A stretch of DNA of 64,000 bases from a virus (taxonomy: Duplodnaviria > Caudoviricetes): the IMG/VR virus record IMGVR_UViG_3300046717_000225, positions 1-64,000 of that record. One strand, given 5' to 3'. Under the pieces are notes generated by a model. That model did not search any database, was not told where the DNA came from, and saw nothing but the letters and a program-made list of their open reading frames with translations. How positions within the stretch are numbered: the stretch's first letter is position 1; every line of letters starts with the position of its first letter. Below are positions 25,903 through 34,269 of this stretch, one piece after another. A program made the position numbers and the translations under genes.

Positions 25903-26216
25903 GCCTCCGGGTCGCCGACGGCCTTGCGGACCACGGCGGGAACGAGAGCAGGCCACACCTCGTGAATCCACTCGTACGCCCACTCGTCCCCGGCCCGGCC
26001 GGTCGAGTCCAGATCCTCGAACACGGCCTTGAGCGCGGCTTTGACCTTGTCGAAGGTCAAGGCCTGCTCAGGCGGGAAGACCTGAGCGTGCACGCCCGGG
26101 GCAGGGCATTTCAGGCCCGGGTACGTGTGCCCGGAGCAGGCCCACTTCGGGTGCCCGAGGCCGATCCATTCCTGGACCATCTCGTCGTGCCTGCGCTTGG
26201 CTTCTTCGAAGCTCAT
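25899..26216 (-). CDS. hypothetical protein
   Basis: first gene of the leftward operon, RBS ACCAAGGAGGA. Confidence 0.7.
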   Translation of the reverse strand: MSFEEAKRRHDEMVQEWIGLGHPKWACSGHTYPGLKCPAPGVHAQVFPPEQALTFDKVKAALKAVFEDLDSTGRAGDEWAYEWIHEVWPALVPAVVRKAVGDPEA

Positions 26217-26252
26217 CCGTTCCTCCTTGGTCGGTGGTCGGGGTCGTGTTGA

Positions 26253-26283
26253 GGGTATACCCCGACTGACACAGGGTATACCT
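26253..26283. promoter_or_regulatory. tandem GGGTATACC boxes in divergent control region
   Basis: GGGTATACCC at 26253 and GGGTATACCT at 26274. Confidence 0.6.
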
Positions 26284-26311
26284 TGATGTACCCGACCTAC
26301 AGGAGAAGAAA

Positions 26312-26494
26312 ATGGAGCGGGAGTACATCACCGTGGAGGAGGCGGCGGAGCTGGCCGGGGTCAAGGTCATCACCGTCCGCAGCTGGTACAGGAAGAACAA
26401 GATCACCAAGTACCTGGTCCGGGGGCGGCTCGTCCGCCTCGACCGGGCCGAGGTGGAGCAGTACAACCGGCCCAAGGCAGGGGCGGACGCATGA
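26312..26494 (+). CDS. excisionase/MerR-like HTH protein
   Basis: YITVEEAAELAGVKVITVRSW...VRLDRAEVE. Confidence 0.8.
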   Translation: MEREYITVEEAAELAGVKVITVRSWYRKNKITKYLVRGRLVRLDRAEVEQYNRPKAGADA

Positions 26495-26733
26495 ACCCGG
26501 CCCAGAAGAAGGAGCAGGACGAGGTCACGGAGCACGAGCTGTTCCGGTTCCTCGGCGGGGACGTGCTCGCCCGGAGAATCACCGGGGCCCTGGTCCGGTG
26601 GGGCTGTATCGACACCGTGGAACAGCTGCGCGAGGAGTACGGCCTGTACGGGCCCGACGGCCTGAACGACATCCGCCTGATCGGCGGGAAGGCCATCGAC
26701 CGGATCGCGGAGAAGCTGGGGGCCCGTACGTGA
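26491..26733 (+). CDS. RNA polymerase alpha-CTD-like HhH protein
   Basis: RITGALVRWGCIDTVEQL...LNDIRLIGGKAIDRI. Confidence 0.55.
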   Translation: MNPAQKKEQDEVTEHELFRFLGGDVLARRITGALVRWGCIDTVEQLREEYGLYGPDGLNDIRLIGGKAIDRIAEKLGART

Positions 26734-27206
26734 GCCCGATCAAGGCCATCCCGGTCCGGGCGTACGGCTGTCACTTCAGGTCCACGCTCGAATACCGCTG
26801 GGCAACCTTCTTCACGGCCGCCGGCTTCGACTGGGAGTACGAGCCGGAGGGCGCGGCCCTGGACGCCGGGAACTACCTGTGCGACTTCCGGATCACCGGG
26901 CCGAACGGGGTCCGTGTCTGGGTCGAGGTGAAGCCGAAGCTGGAAGTGGACCAGCCGGATGACCCGCGCTGGGCGGAGCTGGCCGCGAAGAGCGGCATGA
27001 TGCTCTTCACCGTCCGGGGCATGCACCGGATCCACGACCGGTGTGAGAGCGCCCACAGCGCCCGTGTGTGGATGCCCGACGGGACGGTGGCGGACGTGCA
27101 CCGGCTCTGGCAGGGGAAACAGTACGAGGCCGCCTGGAACGCGGCGAGCGAGGCCCGTCCGGACAGGCCGGGCAAAGGACCAAGGAGAAGGAGGGGGAAG
27201 AGGTGA
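26730..27206 (+). CDS. PD-(D/E)xK nuclease-like protein, paralog 1
   Basis: FRSTLEYRWA...WEYEPE...YLCDF...WVEVK. Confidence 0.7.
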   Translation: MSPIKAIPVRAYGCHFRSTLEYRWATFFTAAGFDWEYEPEGAALDAGNYLCDFRITGPNGVRVWVEVKPKLEVDQPDDPRWAELAAKSGMMLFTVRGMHRIHDRCESAHSARVWMPDGTVADVHRLWQGKQYEAAWNAASEARPDRPGKGPRRRRGKR

Positions 27207-27940
27207 CCATCAAGGCCATCGAGACCCGGTACGCGGGGTGCAGGTTCCGGTCCCGGCTGGAGGCGCGCTGGGCCGTGTTCTTCGACTCTCTCGGGGTCGC
27301 CTGGGAGTACGAGAAGGAGGGGTTCGAGACTCCGGATGGCGGGTACCTTCCGGACTTCTGGCTGCCCAACGGGGGAGGCTGGTGGGAGATCAAGGGGGAA
27401 GCTCCTTCCGAGCACGACCTCAACCGGTGCCGCTGGGTCCCTGGCCTGTGTGTCCTTGTAGGGGACATCCCTCGGGACATTGAAAGCCCGGACACGATCC
27501 AATGGCTCATGTACGGCTCCTGCTCAGACTGTGAACACGTGGGGCCTTGCTTCTGCGGGCATGGGAGCGTCTTCTGCCGGTGTGCTCCGGGACAGGAGGC
27601 GAAACGCTGGTTCACTGCGAGCTGGGACGAGTACTGGCCGTTCGGGGACAACCCTCGGCGGGTCTCCGACCAAGAGGCCCTGAACAGGGCCAGGTCTGCC
27701 CGGTTCGAGCATGGGGAGTCCGGAGCCCCTAAGGCTCAGCCCCCCAAGCGGGCTGCACCCCTGCACACGCCAACCGATAACCCGTTCAAGCCCCGGGGTG
27801 TGCTAGGTGAGCCCGAGGGGACGGAGCCCTGCTGCTCACGCTACCCATTTGGCTGTGACCACATCTGGTGCCCCCGCTGCAATGACTGGGGCAAGGACAC
27901 CGGGTCCGGCTGCTCCAAGCATGCCAACCCGTCCTGGTAG
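27203..27940 (+). CDS. PD-(D/E)xK nuclease-like protein, paralog 2
   Basis: FRSRLEARWA...WEYEKE...YLPDF...WWEIK. Confidence 0.7.
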   Translation: MTIKAIETRYAGCRFRSRLEARWAVFFDSLGVAWEYEKEGFETPDGGYLPDFWLPNGGGWWEIKGEAPSEHDLNRCRWVPGLCVLVGDIPRDIESPDTIQWLMYGSCSDCEHVGPCFCGHGSVFCRCAPGQEAKRWFTASWDEYWPFGDNPRRVSDQEALNRARSARFEHGESGAPKAQPPKRAAPLHTPTDNPFKPRGVLGEPEGTEPCCSRYPFGCDHIWCPRCNDWGKDTGSGCSKHANPSW

Positions 27941-27956
27941 ACCAAGGAGCCTGCGC

Positions 27957-30900
27957 ATGACCATGGAAATGGCTCCGGCCGACCTGCTGCCCGGACACGC
28001 TCGTGAGCTGGAGGAGAGCTGTATCGCGCCGCAGGTACGGGACCGGCGCCGGTACGAGACCCTGTACGACACGGAGGAGAGCCGGGCCCGGCTCAAGGAG
28101 CTGCGTATCCCCCGCTGGGCCTGGCGGGACCCGATGGCGTTCCCGGGCCTTCTCATGCCCATGTACCGGGTGACGGGAGAGGAAATCGGGCACCAGTTCA
28201 AGCCCGCTCTGCCGCAGGAGGCCCCCGGGGGAAAGCTCCAGAAGTATGCGAGCCAGACCGGTGTGCCCAACCGGCTGGACGTGCCGCCGGCGGTCGCGGA
28301 CGACGTACGTGACCCGAGCAGTCCCCTCTGGATCACCGAGGGTATCAAGAAAGGGGACTGCCTGGCCTCCCTCGGCAAGGCCGTGATCACCCTGACCGGG
28401 GTGTTCAACTGGCGGTCCAAGATGGGCACGCTCGGAGACTGGGAGGACATCCCGCTCCGGGGCCGCACGACGGTCATCTGCTTCGACTCAGACGCCCGGG
28501 ACAACCGGAACGTCCTGGGGGCGATGCAGAGGCTCGGCCGCTGGCTGGAGAGCAAGGGTGCGGCCGTCCGGTACCTGATCGTGCCGGGCGAGGTGGAGGG
28601 TACCGAAGTCAAGGGCGTGGACGATTTCTTCCACGCGGGCGGGACGCTCGAAGCCCTCGGCCAGGCCAGCATGGACCAGCTGCCCAACGAGGCCCGGGAC
28701 GCGACCTTCACGGACAGGGTGCTGGCCGACACGGTGTGCTCGGAGGAGCTGGACGGCCGGTTCAGGTGGGCGTCCGGCCGGGGCTGGATGCAGTGGACGG
28801 GCAAGGTCTGGCGCGAGGCCACTGAGGTGACCGTCACGGAGACGATCAGCCGGTGGGCCCTGGAGCAGTACCACCAGGCCGTGGACCAGCAGCACAACGG
28901 CACGGGGAGGGACCTGGGCTCCGTTGTGGAGGGCTGGCGCGGGATGCTGAGCGGGAGCCGGGTGGGGGCGGTTCTCCGGCTGGCCAAGGGCGTCCTGGAG
29001 TGTGACGCGGAGGCGTTCGACCGGGACCCGGACCTGATGAACTGCCCCAACGGAATCGTGGACCTGCGGACGGGGACACTCACGCCGAACGACCCCGACC
29101 TGCTGATGACGAAGATCACGGGGGCGGAGTTCGTCAAGAACGCTGAGCACCCCGACTGGGCCAAGGCCCTGGAGGCCCTGCCGGACGACGTGGTGGACTG
29201 GTTCCAGCTACGGGTCGGACAGGCATTGACAGGGCACATGACGCCGGACGACACGGTCGTCATCTGTCAGGGCGGGGGAGAGAACGGCAAGAGCACAGTG
29301 TACGACGGGCTGGCGCTGGCAGCCGGGAAGTACCACGTCCAGGTGAGCGACCGGGCGATGATGGGCGGCGCGACGGACAACCACCCGACGGAGATCATGG
29401 ATCTGATGGGGGCCCGGTACGCCGTTCTCGAAGAGACCCCCGAGGCCCGCCGGCTGGACACCAACCGGCTCAAGAAACTGACCGGGACCCGGGAGATCAC
29501 CGGACGGCGCATCCGGCAGGACCCGGTCACCTTCGAGGCGACGCACACCATCTTCATCAACTCCAACCACAAGCCCGTCGTGGACGAGACGGATCACGGC
29601 ACCTGGAGGCGGCTGGCTCTGCTGGCGTGGCCCTACACGTTCAGGAAGCCCGGACAGGCGCTCCACGGGGCCAACGACCGTCCCGGGGACCCGACCCTGC
29701 GCGACCGCATCAAGCTCGATCCCCAGGTCCAGGAGGCTGCGCTGGCGTGGATGGCGGCCGGGGCACGGCGCTGGTACGAGCTGGAGAAGATCATGCCCGA
29801 GCAGCCTGTCCGTGTGCAGGCCGACACCCTCGCGTGGCGTAAGACGGCCGACCTGATCCTCGCCTTCGCCACGGAGGTCCTGGAGTTCGACCGGGACAGC
29901 TTCATTGCCTCCACGGAGCTACGGAGCGTGTTCAACGACTGGCTCCGGGAGAAAGGGGCGAAGGAGTGGGGGGAGAAGACTTTCAGTGCCCGTTTCGGAG
30001 GGCACGACGCGGTCACGCAGCGAGGCGTGGAGTACAAGATCGTACGTAACGGTCCGGGGCTCAGCACAAAAGCCCTTAATCCCCCGTCCGGGAAGACTCT
30101 ACGCGTATGGGCTGGAATACGCTTTTCGGGCCTACCCCCGTGCGACCGGGGTAATTCGGGTGAATCGGGCCCACCCCAGGTCAGCGGACCCACCCAAGAT
30201 CACGTTACGCCTGTTACGCCAGATCCTGTAACCCCCCTAGAAGTCACCCACGCGAGTGTTATACCTGCGACGCGTAACAGGCGTAACACGATCTTGGATG
30301 AGTACGGTCCGGACCCGTTCGAGCCCGAGCCGGCCGAGCCCGCACCCCCCGTCCTCAACGGCCCGGTCGCGTTCGACCTGGAGACCCCGAGTGCGAAGGA
30401 ACTGTTCACGTTCCGTAGCGGAGAGCAAACGCCCTACGCCCGGCTGAACGGGGTCCTGGACGGGGACGGCAAGGAGATCATCACGACCGACCCGGCCGAG
30501 CTGGTCCGCCTCCTGACGGCCGCTCCCGCCCTGTATGCCCACAACGGCTACCGGTTCGACCTGATGGCGCTCGCGTGGCACCACGGGGCCGACTACGACG
30601 CCCTCGCCGCTAAGACGTGGGACACCTACGTGGACGAGACCGTGCTGGACCCTCCGGGCGCCAAGGGCCAGAAACCCTGGGCGACGGAGGGCTACTACGG
30701 GCTGGACAAGGCCCTGGAGCGCCGGGGCGAGCCCGGCAAGACCGATCACCTGCCCGCTCTCGCCCGTGAGTTCGCGGCCGATGGCCTGACGGGCAAGGCG
30801 GCGGAGGAGGACGGATACGGAAAAATCCCGCCGGACAACGCCCGATACAACGCCTACCTGTCCGGCGACCTGAAGGCTCAGGACCGGCTGTACCGGACCC

Positions 30901-32249
30901 AGCAGGCCGACCCGGACCGCATGGAGTACCGCCGGCGTGAGCAGCGCGTCGCCCACATCCAGAACCGGATGACGCTGTCTGGCTGGAAGGTCGACGTCCC
31001 CCTGCTCGCCCGGTGCGTCCGGGAGGAGGCCGACAAGGTCCGGGAGAGCCTGGGCTGGCTGAACGAGAACTGCGGCATCCCGCTGACGAAGTCGGTCGGC
31101 ACCGGCCGGGGCAAGAACCGGACCTTCCGGGACGAGCCCGTGCTGAGCCCGCTCACGACGACCGTCGGCCGGGAGGCGGTCAAGGCCGCGTTCCGGGACC
31201 GGGGGCTGCCGTACTTCCTGGAGACCGAGAGCGGCGCGCTGGCTCTGAACAAGGACGCCCTGGGAGAGGGCAGCTACATGGTCGGCAAGGGTGCGGCCGG
31301 GAAGCTGCTGCCCGGCCTGCTGAACCCGGCGCGCATGGCCCGGCTGCCCGGGGCCGACTGGGAGGCGATAGCGGAGATGGCCGGACACATCCGGCTCGTC
31401 ACCACCGCCGTGCAGAAGTACCAGGAGATCCAGGGCTTCCTCCTCGGCGACCGGGTGCACGCTCACGTTGGCGAGACGCAGGGCAGCCGTCGCTGGGCCA
31501 TGGTGAAGCCGAGCATCACCAACCTGGGGAAAAGAGGCGGCAAGGTCGTGCAGCGGGCGCCATTCATCGCCGACGACGGCTGCGTGCTGATCGCCTTCGA
31601 CTTCGACCAGGTGGACATGCGCGCGTTCGCGGGGCACTGCGGCGACCCGGAGTACGTCGGCATGTTCCTGCGGGAGGAGGACCCGCACTCCATGGTCGCG
31701 GACATGGTGTTCGGCAGGCATGATGGGGACTGGCGCGAGCACGCCAAGGGCGCCGGCCACGGCTGGAACTACGGCCTCAGCGTCGGCGGCATGGTCAACC
31801 AGGGCATCGAGCGTCCCCTGGCCGAGCGGTTCGACGCCGGTATGAACGAGAACTACCCGGTGCTCTGCTCCTGGCGGACCGAGGTCCGTGCACGGGCGGC
31901 GGACGGCCAGCTCCTGGAGAACGGGTTCGGCGCCCTGCTGCGGTGCGACCCGGCCCGTGCGTACACCCAGGCTCCGGCCCAGATCGGCCAGGGCACGGCC
32001 CGGGACATCATGTGTGAGGGCCTGCTGCGCCTGCCGCAGGAGTACGTGCCGTGGCTGCGGGGCGTGGTGCACGACGAGGCCGTGTTCAATGTGCCCGAGG
32101 GCCGGGTGGAGGAGTGCGTGGAACGGGTGACGGCCGCCTTCACGATGGACCTGGCCGAGATCACGAACGGACGGTTGCACTCGGTGCCGATTGTGGCCGG
32201 GGCGTCCAGGCCGGGGCACGACTGGGCATCTTGCTATTCCAAGGACTGA
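27957..32249 (+). CDS. primase (TOPRIM/DUF3854-like)-SF3 helicase-family A DNA polymerase fusion, 1430 aa
   Basis: WITEG, FDSD, KGVDDF; D5-like NCPNGIVDL; Walker A GGGENGKST, INSNH; exo DLET, HNGYRFDL, YLSGD; pol DFDQVDMR, REHAKGAGHGWNYG, VHDE. Confidence 0.92.
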   Translation: MTMEMAPADLLPGHARELEESCIAPQVRDRRRYETLYDTEESRARLKELRIPRWAWRDPMAFPGLLMPMYRVTGEEIGHQFKPALPQEAPGGKLQKYASQTGVPNRLDVPPAVADDVRDPSSPLWITEGIKKGDCLASLGKAVITLTGVFNWRSKMGTLGDWEDIPLRGRTTVICFDSDARDNRNVLGAMQRLGRWLESKGAAVRYLIVPGEVEGTEVKGVDDFFHAGGTLEALGQASMDQLPNEARDATFTDRVLADTVCSEELDGRFRWASGRGWMQWTGKVWREATEVTVTETISRWALEQYHQAVDQQHNGTGRDLGSVVEGWRGMLSGSRVGAVLRLAKGVLECDAEAFDRDPDLMNCPNGIVDLRTGTLTPNDPDLLMTKITGAEFVKNAEHPDWAKALEALPDDVVDWFQLRVGQALTGHMTPDDTVVICQGGGENGKSTVYDGLALAAGKYHVQVSDRAMMGGATDNHPTEIMDLMGARYAVLEETPEARRLDTNRLKKLTGTREITGRRIRQDPVTFEATHTIFINSNHKPVVDETDHGTWRRLALLAWPYTFRKPGQALHGANDRPGDPTLRDRIKLDPQVQEAALAWMAAGARRWYELEKIMPEQPVRVQADTLAWRKTADLILAFATEVLEFDRDSFIASTELRSVFNDWLREKGAKEWGEKTFSARFGGHDAVTQRGVEYKIVRNGPGLSTKALNPPSGKTLRVWAGIRFSGLPPCDRGNSGESGPPQVSGPTQDHVTPVTPDPVTPLEVTHASVIPATRNRRNTILDEYGPDPFEPEPAEPAPPVLNGPVAFDLETPSAKELFTFRSGEQTPYARLNGVLDGDGKEIITTDPAELVRLLTAAPALYAHNGYRFDLMALAWHHGADYDALAAKTWDTYVDETVLDPPGAKGQKPWATEGYYGLDKALERRGEPGKTDHLPALAREFAADGLTGKAAEEDGYGKIPPDNARYNAYLSGDLKAQDRLYRTQQADPDRMEYRRREQRVAHIQNRMTLSGWKVDVPLLARCVREEADKVRESLGWLNENCGIPLTKSVGTGRGKNRTFRDEPVLSPLTTTVGREAVKAAFRDRGLPYFLETESGALALNKDALGEGSYMVGKGAAGKLLPGLLNPARMARLPGADWEAIAEMAGHIRLVTTAVQKYQEIQGFLLGDRVHAHVGETQGSRRWAMVKPSITNLGKRGGKVVQRAPFIADDGCVLIAFDFDQVDMRAFAGHCGDPEYVGMFLREEDPHSMVADMVFGRHDGDWREHAKGAGHGWNYGLSVGGMVNQGIERPLAERFDAGMNENYPVLCSWRTEVRARAADGQLLENGFGALLRCDPARAYTQAPAQIGQGTARDIMCEGLLRLPQEYVPWLRGVVHDEAVFNVPEGRVEECVERVTAAFTMDLAEITNGRLHSVPIVAGASRPGHDWASCYSKD
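30204..30287. repeat. 16-bp perfect inverted repeat made of TGTTACGC iterons, putative origin
   Basis: GTTACGCCTGTTACGC (30204-30219) and GCGTAACAGGCGTAAC (30272-30287) in an AT-richer intragenic patch. Confidence 0.65.
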
Positions 32250-32254
32250 GCACG

Positions 32255-32297
32255 GGCCCGGTTCGTCCGGGCCGGGACAGGGTACGATTTAACTAAA
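32255..32297 (+). promoter_or_regulatory. hairpin plus GTTC-N15-GGGTAC promoter and TTTAACTAAA box
   Basis: GGCCCGG-TTCGT-CCGGGCC after the polymerase stop; AGGGTACGATTTAACTAAA. Confidence 0.6.
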
Positions 32298-32317
32298 GGT
32301 CCAAGGAGGATATGATC

Positions 32318-32758
32318 ATGACCGCCGGACAGATCGTCTCGCTCGTCCTCGGTCTCGTGCTCGGCCTGCCCTTGATCGGGCTCGGTCTGCACATGGCCGT
32401 GGGCGACACGCGGCACACGCTCTGGCCCCGGGGACTGCGCTGGTTCCCGCCCGCCTGGGACAGGCTGTCCGACCGGACCGAGCGGCTCCTGTGGCCCGAC
32501 CGGGACCTGTTCCCGTCCAGCCGCTACACCCGGTACCTGGAGGAACTGGACGACTCGTTCAAGTACTCGGTCAAGCTGTACGGCACCTGCCCCGAGTGGA
32601 CCGGCAGGGACGATCTGCACGGCCGCTGGATCTCTTACGGGCGGGAGACGGACACCTGCTCGTGCGGCTACGTGCGTGAGTGCGCCCTCTGGTGCGGGGA
32701 CGGGCATGAGACTGGGCAGTGCCCGGACGACCATGGACGGGGCATGCGATGGGGATGA
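32318..32758 (+). CDS. membrane-anchored Cys-containing protein
   Basis: N-terminal TM helix; RBS AAGGAGG. Confidence 0.7.
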   Translation: MTAGQIVSLVLGLVLGLPLIGLGLHMAVGDTRHTLWPRGLRWFPPAWDRLSDRTERLLWPDRDLFPSSRYTRYLEELDDSFKYSVKLYGTCPEWTGRDDLHGRWISYGRETDTCSCGYVRECALWCGDGHETGQCPDDHGRGMRWG

Positions 32759-32997
32759 TCCGTAAGATCCTTCGCGCAGCGGTCGCGCAGCCCTGGGACT
32801 ACATGGGTGAGGGGGCTCCGAACGAGTGGGAGTTCCGCATCAGCCCGGATGAGGAGACCCTGGCGGTGTACAACCCGAACCACGGCCGCTGGGTTCTCTT
32901 CCACGACGTGGTTGTACAGGCCGAGGTGAAGACCAAGGAGATGGACCGGCGCACGGACGACTGGGCGCGGTACGTGGAACAACTGGACGAGGAGTAG
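32755..32997 (+). CDS. hypothetical protein
   Basis: ATGA overlap. Confidence 0.65.
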   Translation: MIRKILRAAVAQPWDYMGEGAPNEWEFRISPDEETLAVYNPNHGRWVLFHDVVVQAEVKTKEMDRRTDDWARYVEQLDEE

Positions 32998-33000
32998 ACC

Positions 33001-33258
33001 GTGTTCGGACTGAGTGAGGCCGACTGGAGCATTTTCTTGACCGGCGTCATCGTCGCCTCGTACTTGCTGTTCAGCAAGTTGCTGAGCGTGGTCCGGGCCC
33101 GTGGCCGCCGGGTCATCGTGCGGGTGGACGAGCAGACCGTGATCGACGTCCGGGGCATGGGCGACGATCAGGTGTCGCACCTCGTGCGGAACCTGCGCGG
33201 GGAGGACCGGACCGTGGTCCGGATGCAGAAGGCAACGGCGGAGGACGTCCGGCAGTGA
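33001..33258 (+). CDS. small membrane protein
   Basis: N-terminal TM; RBS GAGGAG. Confidence 0.65.
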   Translation: MFGLSEADWSIFLTGVIVASYLLFSKLLSVVRARGRRVIVRVDEQTVIDVRGMGDDQVSHLVRNLRGEDRTVVRMQKATAEDVRQ

Positions 33259-33431
33259 CCTGGACGGCCCGCAAGAGGCACGGCCGGTGGCACTGGGTAT
33301 GCACCTGGTGCTCGCCGGCCGTTTCCGGTTCCACGGCCGCCTTCGGCCGCCTGCTCGTCAGCCTGCGGCATCATGAACGAGTGCGCCGGTGCCATCACAG
33401 GCATGTGGCCCGATCAAGGAGAGTCAAGTGA
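33255..33431 (+). CDS. 58-aa basic His/Cys peptide (absent from ORF track)
   Basis: MTWTARKRHGRWHWVCTWC...; GTGA overlaps at both ends. Confidence 0.5.
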   Translation: MTWTARKRHGRWHWVCTWCSPAVSGSTAAFGRLLVSLRHHERVRRCHHRHVARSRRVK

Positions 33432-34174
33432 CCACGGAGTACGTCGAGACCAGGATGATCCGCCTGGACGAGCTGACCCCCTTCCCGGGCAACGCCCGGC
33501 GGGGCGACCCGCACAAGCTGGCCGAGTCGCTCGAAGCCAACGGCCAGTACCGCAGCCTGATCGTGAGGCAGGCCCCCGACGGCCTGATCGTCCTCGCCGG
33601 TAACAACACCCTGCTCGCCCTGGAGGCGAAGGGCGAGACCGAGGCCCGCTGCGAGATCGTCCAGTGCGACGAGGCGACCGCCCTGCGGGTCAACCTGGTC
33701 GACAACAAGACCAACGACTCCGCCACTTACGACGACGCTGCGCGCGCGGCCCTGCTTGTGCTCCTGGACGGGGAACTGGCCGGCACCGGCTACGACGACG
33801 ACGAGGCCGACACGATCATCGCCCGGTTCGAGGAGGAGGAGATCACCCCCCTGTCCGAGCCGGCGGTCCTGGACTACAACGACGACCAGGCCGAGCGCGA
33901 GGCGCGCATCCTGAGCCACGGCGGGGAGAACAGCCGGACCATGGAGAGCCGGGGGATCCGGGACGTCATTCTCGCGATGCCCGCTGCCGAGGCGGACGAA
34001 CTCGGTCGGCTGATCATGGCCCTTCGGGCCACCTGGGGCGCGCTGCCGCAGGGAGACATCCTGCTGCGGGCGGCACGGGTGGCGTATGCGGCTCTGGAGC
34101 AGGGTGACGACCTGACCCGTGCGGACCTGGCGGCGCATGCCGACGAGCCGTACGCGCCCGAGGAGGGATCATGA
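33428..34174 (+). CDS. ParB-like N-terminal domain protein
   Basis: LTPFPGNARRGD...LAESLEANGQYRSLIV...VLAGNNTL...NLVDNK. Confidence 0.85.
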   Translation: MTTEYVETRMIRLDELTPFPGNARRGDPHKLAESLEANGQYRSLIVRQAPDGLIVLAGNNTLLALEAKGETEARCEIVQCDEATALRVNLVDNKTNDSATYDDAARAALLVLLDGELAGTGYDDDEADTIIARFEEEEITPLSEPAVLDYNDDQAEREARILSHGGENSRTMESRGIRDVILAMPAAEADELGRLIMALRATWGALPQGDILLRAARVAYAALEQGDDLTRADLAAHADEPYAPEEGS

Positions 34175-34269
34175 CCGTAATGGAGGCGCTCTTCGCGGGC
34201 ATGGGGATGGGCTGGGCAATCGCGATGGTGGGGCTCTTCGTCGGGACCTGGATCGGGCGGGACGGGTGA
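34171..34269 (+). CDS. 32-aa TM peptide
   Basis: coupled overlaps. Confidence 0.45.
   Translation: MTVMEALFAGMGMGWAIAMVGLFVGTWIGRDG

Noticed and set aside
26312-26494. Excisionase implying an integrative lifestyle
   Set aside because: This HTH family is also common as a phage regulator, and no recombinase gene is seen.
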